Assembly (NCBI GenBank): GCA_021432655.1
Contig: MU271310.1
Location: forward strand, 1 to 64,000
Length of the DNA: 64,000 nucleotides
Source: Atractiella rhizophila
Lineage: Eukaryota
Direction: 5' to 3'
Part shown: in pieces, positions 47,522 to 59,533 of the stretch
Numbering within the stretch: position 1 is the first letter of the stretch
How the letters are laid out: every line of letters starts with the position of its first letter
Made by a program: the position numbers and the translations under genes
Notes under the pieces: generated by a model
Database searches by the model: none
The model's input: the letters and a program-made list of their open reading frames with translations, nothing else
Told to the model about the DNA's origin: nothing

Positions 47522-48518
47522 TGGTAAGTTTTCTATTCCTTCCTAAAGGTCGATATTGACCAAGACTCTTTAGGAATAATACGACAATGTCGTTGGGATA
47601 TACGAATGATACTTTTCGATATCTTTATTGGTGTCGAATATTCTTGTTCATATCTTCACTATCCTATCTACATTAATATATCATTTCTCTTCCCTATTTA
47701 CTAACACTTTCGACTAACAATGCAATCGTTTCCTTCTTCGTTTCCTTCTTCGTCATTCTGCTCCAATGTCTTGTTCATCCACCATCTCTATCGACAACGT
47801 CGCTTTATCTACTTTTAATCTTTCGAAGATTCTTAAGTTATGATAAAGATGTTGTTGTAGCTACTTGGTATTGGGTCTGATAAATATAATCTCTTGTTCT
47901 ACTCTATATGTCTACGAGCGCTTGGTCGAGCCTCAGCTTATCGTGCATCCTTCTCCACTTTGCGCTCGCATCCTGCTCTTAGACTTCGGAATGTAGCCGA
48001 AGACAAGAATTCCCACAACAAAAGCATTTGCAAGAATTAGTTGACCTCACACCTTGCTTTCTTTCTGATAGCTACAAGTTTCCTTCCATCACCTCTTGAA
48101 GTAACGATATTCTAATTCTCGTTTCCAATTCGCACACTGACACGTCGCTGAGCTTTATAGCAACATATCCTGGCCGCAAACAGCGCGGACTCACTCTGTT
48201 GCTCCCGTTCTCCCTCAAGTTTGAGTCTCTAAAATGCGCCTCGAGCACTCACTGACTGGCTTCATCCGTGGCCAAAACGCTTAGCTTAGCTTACCAACCA
48301 ACATGAGCTGGATGGTGAATTATCACGATGATGCTTCGCTGACCTACATGGCCCTGCACGACTGGAGGTGGAAGCTTTCAGGGGCGTGTGCTCACGGCTC
48401 ACTTGCTCTCGCGTCCATGGAAGTCCTTCCACCTGGCTTCTATTGATAATGGGAATTAATCTGCATTGTCTCTCAGTTGAGTAGGAGACCGTAGCGCGAC
48501 TAAGACATAATTACAACC

Positions 48519-50046
48519 ATGTCGTCTTCCCAACAACTCGCGCTGCCGCCCCAGCGTCCTGCAGACTCGTACCAGCATGCCATGAAGCAGTTAATCATCC
48601 TGCACAGCACCTATCTGGTCAGCGTTTCTCTGCAGCCTCAATCTGTCTATCGAGTCGAACTGACTTCAGATACCCAACAAAGGATGCAGTCACGCAAATC
48701 TATCGCATAGGCCGCCTAAGCACTCAGACGTCAAGGTATCCGATCAATAGGTACTCAGAATATGGTGGACTCGCCGGGCTGAGGCTGGAGCTCAAGAAGG
48801 TGGGGGAGAAGTGGGAACATTGTCTTCGGGATATCGAGCGGGTCATTGTAAGTTTCCCTCTCTCGCTCTTACCTTCTGTCATTTCCTTCGAAGAGCATTG
48901 ATTTGAGCTCCTCATGTGCATCGCTCAAATCATTCAACGTTTCCTCGCATTTACAACATTCCTGATGAATATTACCTTCAGCTACACGCCCAAGCAGTCC
49001 TAGAAAGGGATTATCGACTCGCACAAGGAATTCCAGAGGAAGCCGAAGCAACCCTAGAGAGCAATACGATGGAAGTAGACCAACAAGACCTTCCTCCGGC
49101 GCCAATGGTCCTCTCTCCCGTTCCACTTTCCGCATCAGATCCACCTCCAGCGGTGACGCCGTCCCCTGCACGTCCGTCCTCTCCCTCTCCTAAAGTTCCT
49201 TCTGCAGTCCCCACCCCCAAACTTCCGGCCTCAGTTGGCTCCAAACCTCCAACGCCGAAGCCTGCCACCCCAAATATAACGGCCGGTGGAGCAGGGGACA
49301 GCAAAGGCTCGCCTATCGTCGTGGATGATGACAACGATACAGATTCCCTGTTCGGCGACCACCTATTCGGATCATCTGGTAGTGGAACTAAGAACCCCCC
49401 TACTCCTGCAATGATAGCGACCCCAGTAACTCTGGCCGCTGCTCTTGGAGCGACGACGCCTCAAAAGCCGTCTCCGCTGGGCCAGACGGTGTCCGTGTCA
49501 ACAGGCAAAGCTGAGGACTCGAAAGCGACGGATGTGGAACCTACGAAGCTCTCGATGATGGATCCGCAAGATCTCCTCAACTCTATCTCCTCCATCCTCC
49601 CTCCACTTCCCGACTCCTCCGCAGCCACCACAGCTGGAGCAGACCACCTCCCCACCCCCCCCCCCGCGGCAACCTCATCACCGCCCCCCCCCTCCCCCCC
49701 CCCACCAGAACACCCTCCACCAACCGACCAACCAGCAGAAGAAGACCATCAGCAGCCTCTCCACGCCTCCGCCACGCAGCAGCAGAACAAACAACAAGCA
49801 GAACAAAACAACGACGACAACAACGACGCCCTACAACAAGCCAACAACAAACAAGAGGCCGAAGAAAATAATCCGCTGGGGAGCAGCGCCGCAGCAACAA
49901 ACACCACGACGACGCCTGATGATCCACAAGAAGGGGCGACAACAAAGGACGACCACAACAACAGTGATGAGGACGACACCATCAAGAAGAACAGAAAAAA
50001 CGGCGGTAAACCATCAGGACGTGCGTGCAGCCAAACAAACAAATAG
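48519..50046 (+). CDS. Hypothetical protein, possibly Mediator tail subunit Med2/Med29-like; 3' part unreliable
   Basis: Spliced WEHCLRDIERVI|LHAQAVLERD helical motif followed by a Pro-rich disordered tail; the family assignment is tentative inference. Confidence 0.55.
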
Positions 50047-50762
50047 AAAGCAAACTCCTTGTAGCAGCAGGCACAATTGAACCGGAGTACTTCTGATAGA
50101 ACAAATATGTCATTCACATTAGAACAAATACTAAACGTCGCCGGCCTATGAGTAATAGTATCAGTGTTGAATGGATTCAAATCAAGAAAGAGAAAAAACC
50201 AAGAAAACAAAACGGGGGTCAAAGTTTCTTTACAATACACCAATTGGATTGGGTTGATTGATAAAGTGGCAATTGAGAATGAGGAACCGAGAAAAAGTAC
50301 ATTGTGTCTTTTCTTCCTGTCTTTGAATTTTTTTTGCGGGGAGGATGTGATGGCGGGTGAAGTTAAGTGGAAAGGACGGGATGGTCCGCGCGCAACCAAA
50401 AAGGGAAAGTGTTGAGAAAAATCCTAGACTAAAGTAGGAAATAGAAAGATGGAAGTAGAAAATCGTCCAATTCCAGAAAAGGCGAAACGGAAGCACAAGA
50501 TTGGCGAGGGCATGGACAGAAAGGGAAGAAGGAAAAATGCGTTTAAAGGACTTAGGGCTATAGTATGATATAAAAAATATTCCTACTTCGATCTTGGACC
50601 GAGCAAACACGAAAAAGACGACAAACATGGGGTACCTCCGGATTCGTGAAGAGAGGTGCAATTCAAACACTTCAACAATTCCATTCCGTCAATCCTTGAG
50701 CGGTAGCATGGAACGGAGGGCAGAGTTGGGATACAGGTGCCGTTTCGAGCGGTTGACGGCTT

Positions 50763-53700
50763 TTAGATGAACTGATAGTTGTTGGCATTGGGGTTGGGGT
50801 AGTCGAGACCGTTGACACTGATTCCACCGAAGTTGTTCAAGAAGCCAGGAACACCAGTGAGGGAAGGGTTATGTTGATGACCACCTGCAAGGACATATGG
50901 CGACCGGCTGTAACCGTCGATGGAATTGGAAAGGTGGTGGCTCGGGACGAACTGGTGAATGGGGGCAGGAGAGAGGCCACCAAGGCCCATGGTAGGCATT
51001 CCGAATTGGTTACCACCCATCAACCCGTGATGGAATCCTCCGCCGCGATTCATGTGGTCATTGCTTTCACGCGCAATCTTGCTTTGTATCCTCTTGCCGT
51101 ATGGCGTATTCCTGATTTGAGGAAGGATGGGTCTGATCTGGCTGATGAGCTGCTCCAACCATCAGTATCAAATCAGATTGCAGCGATGACTTGACGTACC
51201 GCGGCTCGTTGGCCAGGATCAGCATAGTCCAAAGCGGTTTGACAAACGTAGTTCCCAAAGGAATCTCGAAGCAGTCTCTCGACGCGATTATCCGCCAGGA
51301 TCTCATCGATAATAGCCCGTCTTCCAACGGGATCTGCAACGCGGATGCACTATATGACACATCAGCTCTTCATAACACAAATGAAAGAGGTAAGAAGACG
51401 AACTTTCTCGACTACGTTGGAGCTAAACTTCTGGGCGGACAATGCGCAAATGTTGCCCAAGAATTGGCGGACAATAGCTTCGGTGAAACGGGCATCAGAC
51501 AGATCCAAGCAATATTGAACAGTGTAGTTGCCTATTCTCATGTGTGAGTGATATCATTTGTGGGACAGAACTAAACAGACCAAAAGGATCTTGGACCAAT
51601 GTGAGCGAGTTGTACGTGATTTCCGTAATCAGTTGAATCCTCTGCGATTCTGTCGCATGATCGATGCATCGCTGGAGGACACAACATCCGTGGCGATGGG
51701 TCGCTACTTCAATACAATTGGCAGCTACGGCATTGTAGATGAACTGTAAAGGCACAGTTATTCGATTGTCAATACCAATGAAAGTTCGACAAACCTGGTT
51801 GTCTTCCGGAGGCAGGTGGTTCAGGCACTTCTGGATGACATGATTTCCATTCAAATCCCTAATCAAGGTGACGACGTTCAAGTTGAGAGCGGCTATCAAG
51901 CTCTGAACTTGGCGCTGCGTTGACAAGTGGTCGATAATCTTCTGGACCGCTCGAGTTCCATGCATGTTCAATGCAATGGAGACGAGTTCGCCAGAAATGG
52001 ACTCGAGGAGAGCATCACGTTGTTCATCGGAAGAAAACTCGAACAGCTTTTGAGACAAATAATTGCCAACTGCTCCCACAGTGGTCAAGTAAAATTCTGA
52101 CGCGGAAGTGAACAAGACGTACAGCTATCCGTCATTAACTCGCCAAAGTGAGGAAAGATTTCCTGGAAGATCATATCGCGGTGCTCCGGGTTGCCTTCTT
52201 CCAATTTCTTCTGAAGATATCTGCACCCAAATTGGTCCTTGCACAGCGCGTACATATCGCCTTGCAAATCTTCGAGTCTGAGGCCGGCGAACCGATTAGT
52301 TTCCATCTCACGTCGAGGGCTCTTGGGGATGCCGTATATGTTCTGTTTCGTGCCATATGGATCGTAACCGTAAGATTGTCCACCATTGGACATGGGGTCC
52401 ATAGAGTAAGAGGTGAACCGAGAGTTGGGACTTCCATCGATGCTGAACTATTAAAGAAGCAATTGTCAACTTAGCAAGGGGAAGCGGGAAGTGGTCCGTA
52501 CGTTAGAAAACTGATCTGTAACAGCCTCAAAGGTCGAGGAAGGCGTCGACATACTCGAGATACCCTTATTGACGGTGGTGTTGACACCCAATGGCAACGA
52601 GTTCTGGCGTTTGTCCTCTCCCACCAATCCGCTCCTCTCCACCACAGGCGAGGTCCTCTGAGATCCCCCATTGGCCTGCAGTCCCAATCCAAGGGTCCCA
52701 GTAGTCATCGAACGCGTAGCCCCACCAAGATGACCAGCTTGGGCCAGAATTCGAACCGAGTGTTCGGGCGAAGCTTCCAAGCGATTGACCTCTCTGTTCG
52801 CAGCAGGTGAAGCCGTGATGCTGTTACGAGCGAGGAGCGTAGGGTCGGAAACATTGCGGGCTTGCTGCTGAGCTACTTGAGCCTGAGCATGAGCGGCGCT
52901 GTCCGCGGGCCATTCAGAGGTACCGCTCCTTTGAGGAGCTCGAACACCAGGGCGAGGAGGCGTCTGAGACAATGGCGCCAAATCCAATGCAGCCGAAGAG
53001 GCGGAGAGCTAAACGATGAAGTTAACAGCGCCGAGTCTATGAACCGACAAACACACCATATTGGGGAAGCTATCCCTGCGGACCAGGATCGGGAACTTAT
53101 CGTCGTCCGTATTCATCTGCAAATACTTTCCACCGTAGGCTGTAATATCACGAGTTAGCATAGTTCAATCGTGGTACAGGGCACGAGAAACGAACTCTGA
53201 AGCTCCGAATCAATTTCATCATCGAAGAGGAATGAGTTGAGAAGGTGGCCATCTGCTCCCTTGACTTGAACTTGTCCTGGCACGAGGTTTCCAAGGTCGG
53301 TCTTCTTGCGCCTATGAAAGTCACTTTATTCAAACGGCTAATGCAAAGTCTCAGGAACGTACTGGTTTGCCGCTTCAATGCTTTTCATGACCTCTCCCCT
53401 CTCCATCTCGCCACTGTGACGTCTGGTACCGGGCAAGCTCTTCGAAGCCGCGTCGTCCTCAGGCCTCTCTAGTCCATAGAGATCTCCGCTTTTCGTCCTC
53501 ATGAGTTTGTCCATGTGAGGGTTCCCCAAGCCATTCCCCGCCGAATTGGAACCAGGGATTCCATGAGATCTCGTCTGGTGGTAAATAGACGGAGGCGAAG
53601 GAGGAGTCGAATGCGAATGATGAGCAAGCAACAATTCGCGTTCTTCAGCTTCTTGCTTCGCTGCAAGAGCCCTCATCTGTGTTGTATTCACAATCAGGTC

Positions 53701-54893
53701 AATCACACCTTATATAGTCCAAACACTAACCTGGCGCTCGAACTCCCGCTTTTGCTTTTCCATTTCGAGAGCATGCTGGACGCGTTTATGTTCAAGTCTC
53801 TATAAATCAACGTTAGTGAGAATCTAGATGTTGGAGATGAAGAACATACAGCCGCCAAATCTGCTGCAGGACCCAAACGATTTTGCTGCGAGGAAGACGA
53901 TGAAGAATCAGACAATGTTTCAACAGTATGAGAAGACTCCATTTTCACTGATGATGTTACAACAACAACTGACAAACGAAGATGAGGTATAAAGGTTCGA
54001 AGGAAGGAAGCGAAGCAGAGAAGGCTCCCCTTTTATAGACAAGGATGCAAAGATTGAATTGCTCTGAATTGAGCCGCAAGAAGGCAAAGCGGGACAAAGC
54101 AGGTGTGACCGACGATCAACCTTGGTTGTGAGAGCAAGCCCAACGGTCTGTGAGAACTAAGGACGCGCTGAACAACTTTGGACACTCGAGGCGGTATGAG
54201 ATGAGGAGGAACAGACGGAGGCGCGAACTGTCACAATCTCGCAGGTTACCCCAAACCTCGACAGGCAGTCCGAAATTTTCACCGGCTCCTCATCCCGAAC
54301 TTTACGCCACATGGTCCCCGCACCATTCAATTTCAATCTCTGATCGTGATTGAAGATGCCAAACAAAAGGCATTGGACACCTCAATCAACCACAATGTAA
54401 AAAACGACAACGACGGGACGGAAGTTAGAATCCATGACAAAGGATTGCTCACCGCATCCGCCAGGTCAAGCACTTCTTTGAGCTGACCGCTCTTTTGACC
54501 ATTCACCGCAGTCACGCCGTTGCCGTTACCCGTCACAACGCCTTGGCCCATGTTTCCTCCGTTGAGGTGGGCCGTGTGATGCTGAGAGCCGTGAACGACG
54601 CCGTGACCTCCCATCAGGGAGTTGTTACTTCTCATGCCTCCAGCGATTCCGCTCCCAATCACTCCATTGACGAGACCAGCCATTCCAGCAGATGGAGACT
54701 GGTGGAGAGTAGGGTCCAGATTCGTCACTCCTCGCGGGGGGAGGGAATCAATCGAATTAGCAAGGTTGAAGTGATGGGGCGAGTCTCGGTGAGAGGATGC
54801 GGAGGTATTGGCGGTGTTCGCCGCGGTCCCTGGATAGGTAAGGTGTGGTGAAGTGCTGGAAGAGACGGACGAGGAACTAGGTGAGCGCGACAT
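50763..54893 (-). CDS. Pumilio-family RNA-binding protein, Puf4/Mpt5-like (multi-exon; two candidate first exons)
   Basis: Puf repeats LCKDQFGCRYLQKKLE, GNYLSQKL, NMHGTRAVQKII, DLNGNHVIQKCL, HRHGCCVLQRCID, DSFGNYVCQTALD and terminal IRNTPYGKRIQSKI. Confidence 0.92.
54030..54037 (-). promoter_or_regulatory. TATA box for the proximal first exon of the Pumilio gene
   Basis: TATAAAAG ~90 bp upstream of the ATG at 53942. Confidence 0.5.
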
Positions 54894-55051
54894 GTTGAAA
54901 TTTTTGATAGTTGTTGAGGCAATTATTGCACGCGCGCTGTCTGCTTGGTGGCTGGAAAGGTTAGGAAATGGATATATCTGAAAACGGAACATGACGCGTT
55001 AGTAATTGGATCCGACTACAACCGTTTGAGAATAAGCGGGAGTTGCCACAG

Positions 55052-55059
55052 CTTTTATA
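55052..55059 (-). promoter_or_regulatory. TATA box for the distal first exon of the Pumilio gene
   Basis: TATAAAAG ~160 bp upstream of the ATG at 54893. Confidence 0.5.
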
Positions 55060-55683
55060 AGTGGCAAGAGAAATGCTATGCGGGCACTTTGAGCTTTGAC
55101 CCTTCGAACAGAGACCACATCCCCGAACACGCCACATCTCTAGCATCCACCAAAATGAACCCACATAGCAAGAAAAGCTCACCTTGTTAGTGCAGATCGC
55201 TTAAAAGTCCAAAAAATGAGGTCCCGTCGTAGGTATTCGAGAGATCCTCGGTGTCGAAAGGTCGGTGGAAGTGGAAAGAAAACGACAACTAAAGGATTTA
55301 ATGATGGGAGAGTTCGAATGGTTACAACAATCAAATCTCTGGACTTAATTGACACAGAACTTGTTATAGAAAGGAGTTAAGGTGGCTTTTAAAGAGAAAT
55401 CCTCGACTAAACTGGCTGGGAGTAAGAAAAGCTGAGAACGAAAGAAATCGAGACTATTTCTTCGTTCGGATTGGGGATTGAAGCTCGAAAAGCGTCCCTT
55501 TTGGGTAGACTAATTTGCACTCGAAGTTGTTTGACGAACTGTCGAGCCGGGTCGGTGAGCTGGCTGGGAGATTACAGGATTACAGGTACAGTCGGGGTAA
55601 GTAAATAACGTGATGTTTGGCCTTTTTCTAATCTAAAAAGGACTGTTATGTGATCCAACGGTATGAAGATAGCTCTCAGTGGG

Positions 55684-57180
55684 ATGTCTGAGGGAGAGGC
55701 TTGGTCGAGGGCCCTTATATATGCCGTCGTTTCAAACTCCTCAGAGAAAATACGGTTTCGCTTCTTCCGACAGCCGATCAAGGTTGCTACACGCAACCTA
55801 AAGCGACCCCCACTCAGGGCCCAGAAGAATTTGGGTCAGTTCCGCTAAATCGACGCAGCTTTCAATCTTCAATCCAGAAATTGTCTACAGGTTCTCTTGG
55901 AGTCCTTGTGTCAAGGTGTTCGCTGGTTGATCCATTTTGATTCCATAAAGGCCATTTTCGAGGAGTATCCACCTGTCTCCTCAGTTCTGGGACTGTGACG
56001 AGCCTCGGCCGTTGCCTGAAGAGGCAAGTCTTCTTCATAAATTGTGACTGGTCTAAAGCTCACCTGTGCGACAGAAGTATCCACAGTGTTTGGAAAATAT
56101 CGGGATCGGTCCTTCTTCATCAAGTTCGCTTCGAGCGATTTCGACTACCAAATTTGCATCCACCTTCCAAACTTGTTTAGCAATCTATCCTGAACCTTGC
56201 AACTTGCAGGACCAAGACGTCCAGCTTAGAGGAGATGATAGTCCACTCTAATCCTTCCTTACATCATCATTTGCGCAAACTCACAGACCTCTTGAAGCTG
56301 TCAATCGCTAGAAGAGATAGGGAGAGAGCCACCAAGCTGTGGCAGACCCTGACCGAACTCCAAGGCCAAAGCAGAGGAAAGTGGATAGCCACAGAGCAAT
56401 GGAGGCTCGGGGTCGAAGTTTTGCACCTCCAGAGCGCCGAGGGTGAGAAAATCGAGAGATTACTCAGAGCTGCGAGGGCAGCCATGACGGCTGATCCGCA
56501 GGTTGGCCTTGCCATCATGTCTAATTTTCATGCTCATCGCTCACTCATTGATGGAATGTGTAGAAAGAGGAGCTACTCGTCGCCCTCGTGCTCCATCTGA
56601 TCGCCTCCAAACAATATCGTCAGGCCTACGACGAAATCGAAGTGTGAATCAACATCCATTCATCCAGCCCATCTGGTCTTAGGCTCACACCTTGTTACTC
56701 ACGTCCAGGCACATTCACTCGCGACAGTATTCCGAGTCCTCCCTGCTCAATTATTACCTAGGTGTTTTGCAGCTCTTCTTTCACCTCCTCCCTCAAGATC
56801 ACCACGAACGCTCTAGTCCGTCTACTTTCAACATCGAAGGTATCAGATCGATCTTTTCAAAGGCTATTCAACTCGCGGAGGAAGAATGGAACGAGCAGCC
56901 CAATTCTAGTCAAGGTGCAGGGGAGGAAATGGACGAACTGATCGATCAACACGAGACAGAAGTGGGTGAGATCGAGATGGTTGCTCTAACATCACGACCA
57001 CCAACGAATGTAAAGGCTGCTGCTCAGCAATACCTCGGTATGGTACGTGCCTGCCGAACCGACGTTTTCAACGATCAGGAAACCTGCTCACGCGTCCATT
57101 GAGAACAGCTCGATTCCTTGGATCCAGAAACCCTGTTGTCCGACGAAGAGTTCTCCAAACCACCTGTCCGTGTTCAATGA
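55684..57180 (+). CDS. RNA polymerase I core factor subunit Rrn11/TAF1A-like (multi-exon)
   Basis: HLRKLTDLLKLSIARRDRERATKLW, WRLGVEVL, YRQAYDEIE...YSESSLLNYYLGVL resemble the Rrn11 TPR-like motif order; 5' exons uncertain. Confidence 0.6.
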
Positions 57181-58599
57181 AGTGGGTTGAGAGCAGTTCG
57201 ACATTTGCAATGAGAATGCCTTCAACAATGCCTCCGAGGGCCAAACAACTCGACATATCTCGCTTCCGATGATTGTTCCCTCGTCTCGTCTGCCATCACG
57301 CCAACCAGGATCACAACGCCCTGTTGGGCTGACAGAGTTGTAGTTCGTTTTCAGAACTGGAGATCCGAGCGCAAGATTAGGCTCACTTTCCTCTTTGTGC
57401 AAGGTTAATGAATCTCGGCGTAAATCTCAACATCTCGAGTTGAGTCTATCTGAGGACAAACGCCGGCAGCCAATTGATTGTCCAATTCCAGCAGACGGGG
57501 AACATCCAAACGCTCCCCAAGCTCCATTATGTCCTCCAACAGGACCCACCTTGGCTTCTCAACCAAGCTGAGGACGTCCAGCACGCTGAGACGAATTGAA
57601 ATCGCAATATTGTGGGGACTTGAAACGATCTCCTTAGGCTCATCATATCAAGCAACCTGCGGCATGGACCAGTTCCCTGCGGATGGTTACTTGCAGCTTC
57701 CGCTCCCATAAAGCATTGCTTGAAATTGCGAAACGATCTTCCAAACCGTGTTGGCAAAAAGGGCCTTCGCGCTTCTTTTACGCAGACAGTAATAAAGGAT
57801 GTCTTCCATCAGGCTTCCATACGGCCGTGAAGTGAAAAATGATGGTTGGGCCAAGCTAGCAGCGTGAAAGCTACGCCGAGCACGTATCGTAAGCCAATAA
57901 ATGCTGGCTCTATCCTTGTTGCATATGCTCCGAGTAATCACCGATTCGCATCATCCCGGACTCCGGGACCTTAAAGATTATCACACTCAGAGTCCAGTGT
58001 GCCGTACCCACATCATGATCTTATCGCGGAGTGCTTTCAGCACTACAGCCATGTATCATCGTTTCCAAGATCAGTAACAATTAGGACACTTGGTCCGATG
58101 AACAAGCTGAGCAAAGCGGGTTGGGCTTGAACGCTTCAACATCGCGTCAGAATGTCCCCTTCCGAAACGAGAGGATGATGAAAATTGTACGCGAAGCAGA
58201 CTGCTTGCTCTTCTGCAGAACGGAGTAGAACTTAGGACGTGAGACGTCAACGTATCAATCGTCATTCACACTCAATGCCTCGAAAAGGCAAAGCTCGATC
58301 CGTGACGGGTGGGACTTGTCCACAGCTCAAAGTGGTTGTGTCAAGACGACTATTACAAGTGCTTGGCAAGAGAGAACAAAAAATGAGGTCAAAGCACCGG
58401 TTGGTATCGGCACCAGAAGACCGCTGAAGAGCCGGGCATTATTCTGCTCCACCAGCTCCACGCTCGTAATGACTGTATTGGGCATCTCCTGGCCCACCCG
58501 TTGGAATAGTTGCCAGTTGGATAGGCTCTACGAAGGTATCGGAGGACAGGCCGGCGTTATTGATCGAGGGCTGAGGGGAGACAGGGAAAATAATGTGCC

Positions 58600-59533
58600 T
58601 TAGTCCCATTCGATCTCCATCAATCTCAACTCTTCCACTCTTTCCCTCCCTTCACTTTCCCCTCCCTCTCCAGCCATCATTTGCTCCTCTGTCAGTTTCC
58701 TCCAAAGTTCGCGACCTTGTGTACTTGCTCGTCGACGACCAATGAAGAAGTTGAGGCAAATATCACGTCTGTGGCGGGACCACGATTGTGTCGTCCCTCT
58801 GGGACGGGAAAGGATAGGAGTGAGTTCGAAGTAAGACGCTAAGTTGCCCACGAAAGAGTGCTTGTTAGCTTCCCGGAACTCTTTGCAGCCTGGAAGGCGG
58901 AGACTGGAAGCATCAAGAATCACCTAACGCGCTCCAAAACGGGGCTTCCTTGCTCCAACTCCTCTCCACCGCACCGATGACCAGCTTCGTCACCGAATTT
59001 CCTGTTTCCGTCAGGGCGAGTAGGGTTGAAAGCAGTTTAGGATGAAGGAATGGGAAGTAGACTGTGTCAGATGCCAGTATGAGATTCGGAACACCATACG
59101 ATCGTAGAATGTTTTCGACGTCTAAGTCCGATCCCCAACTCAGAGACCGCACTTGGACGCTCGAAGAGGATTCAAGATTCTTTCGAAGTAACGGAACCAC
59201 CTCGTCCAAGTCCGTGGCTACGATCTGGTCTGCTTTGCCCTCCCCCAACAGCGGCATCAAAGACTTGGGAAGGTGTCCCGTCCCTGATCCAAGATCGATA
59301 ATTGTTCTCTTCTCCTCCATGCTAGCCCTCTCACATTGGAAGATAGAAGCAGGATCGGGATCAAACTGCCACTCTTTCGAATCAAGCAGGTATTCCACCA
59401 AACAGGCAGAAGCAGGCCATGTGACGCCAGCGATGCCATATTCTGCATCGTCGAGATCAGGTGATGGAGAACAATGGAGCGATCGTGAGAGGTCCAAGTT
59501 GATCGGAAAATTTGCCTGCTCGTTCAGAGACAT
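58600..59533 (-). CDS. SAM-dependent protein-lysine methyltransferase (Methyltransf_16/METTL21 family)
   Basis: YGIAGVTWPAS..L..YL, IIDLGSGTG, VATDL, LSWG, LILASDTVY. Confidence 0.88.

Noticed and set aside
48346..48360. CATGGCCCTGCAC resembles the U6 internal stem-loop
   Set aside because: No adjacent ACAGAGA box or AGC triad context, and no U-rich terminator.
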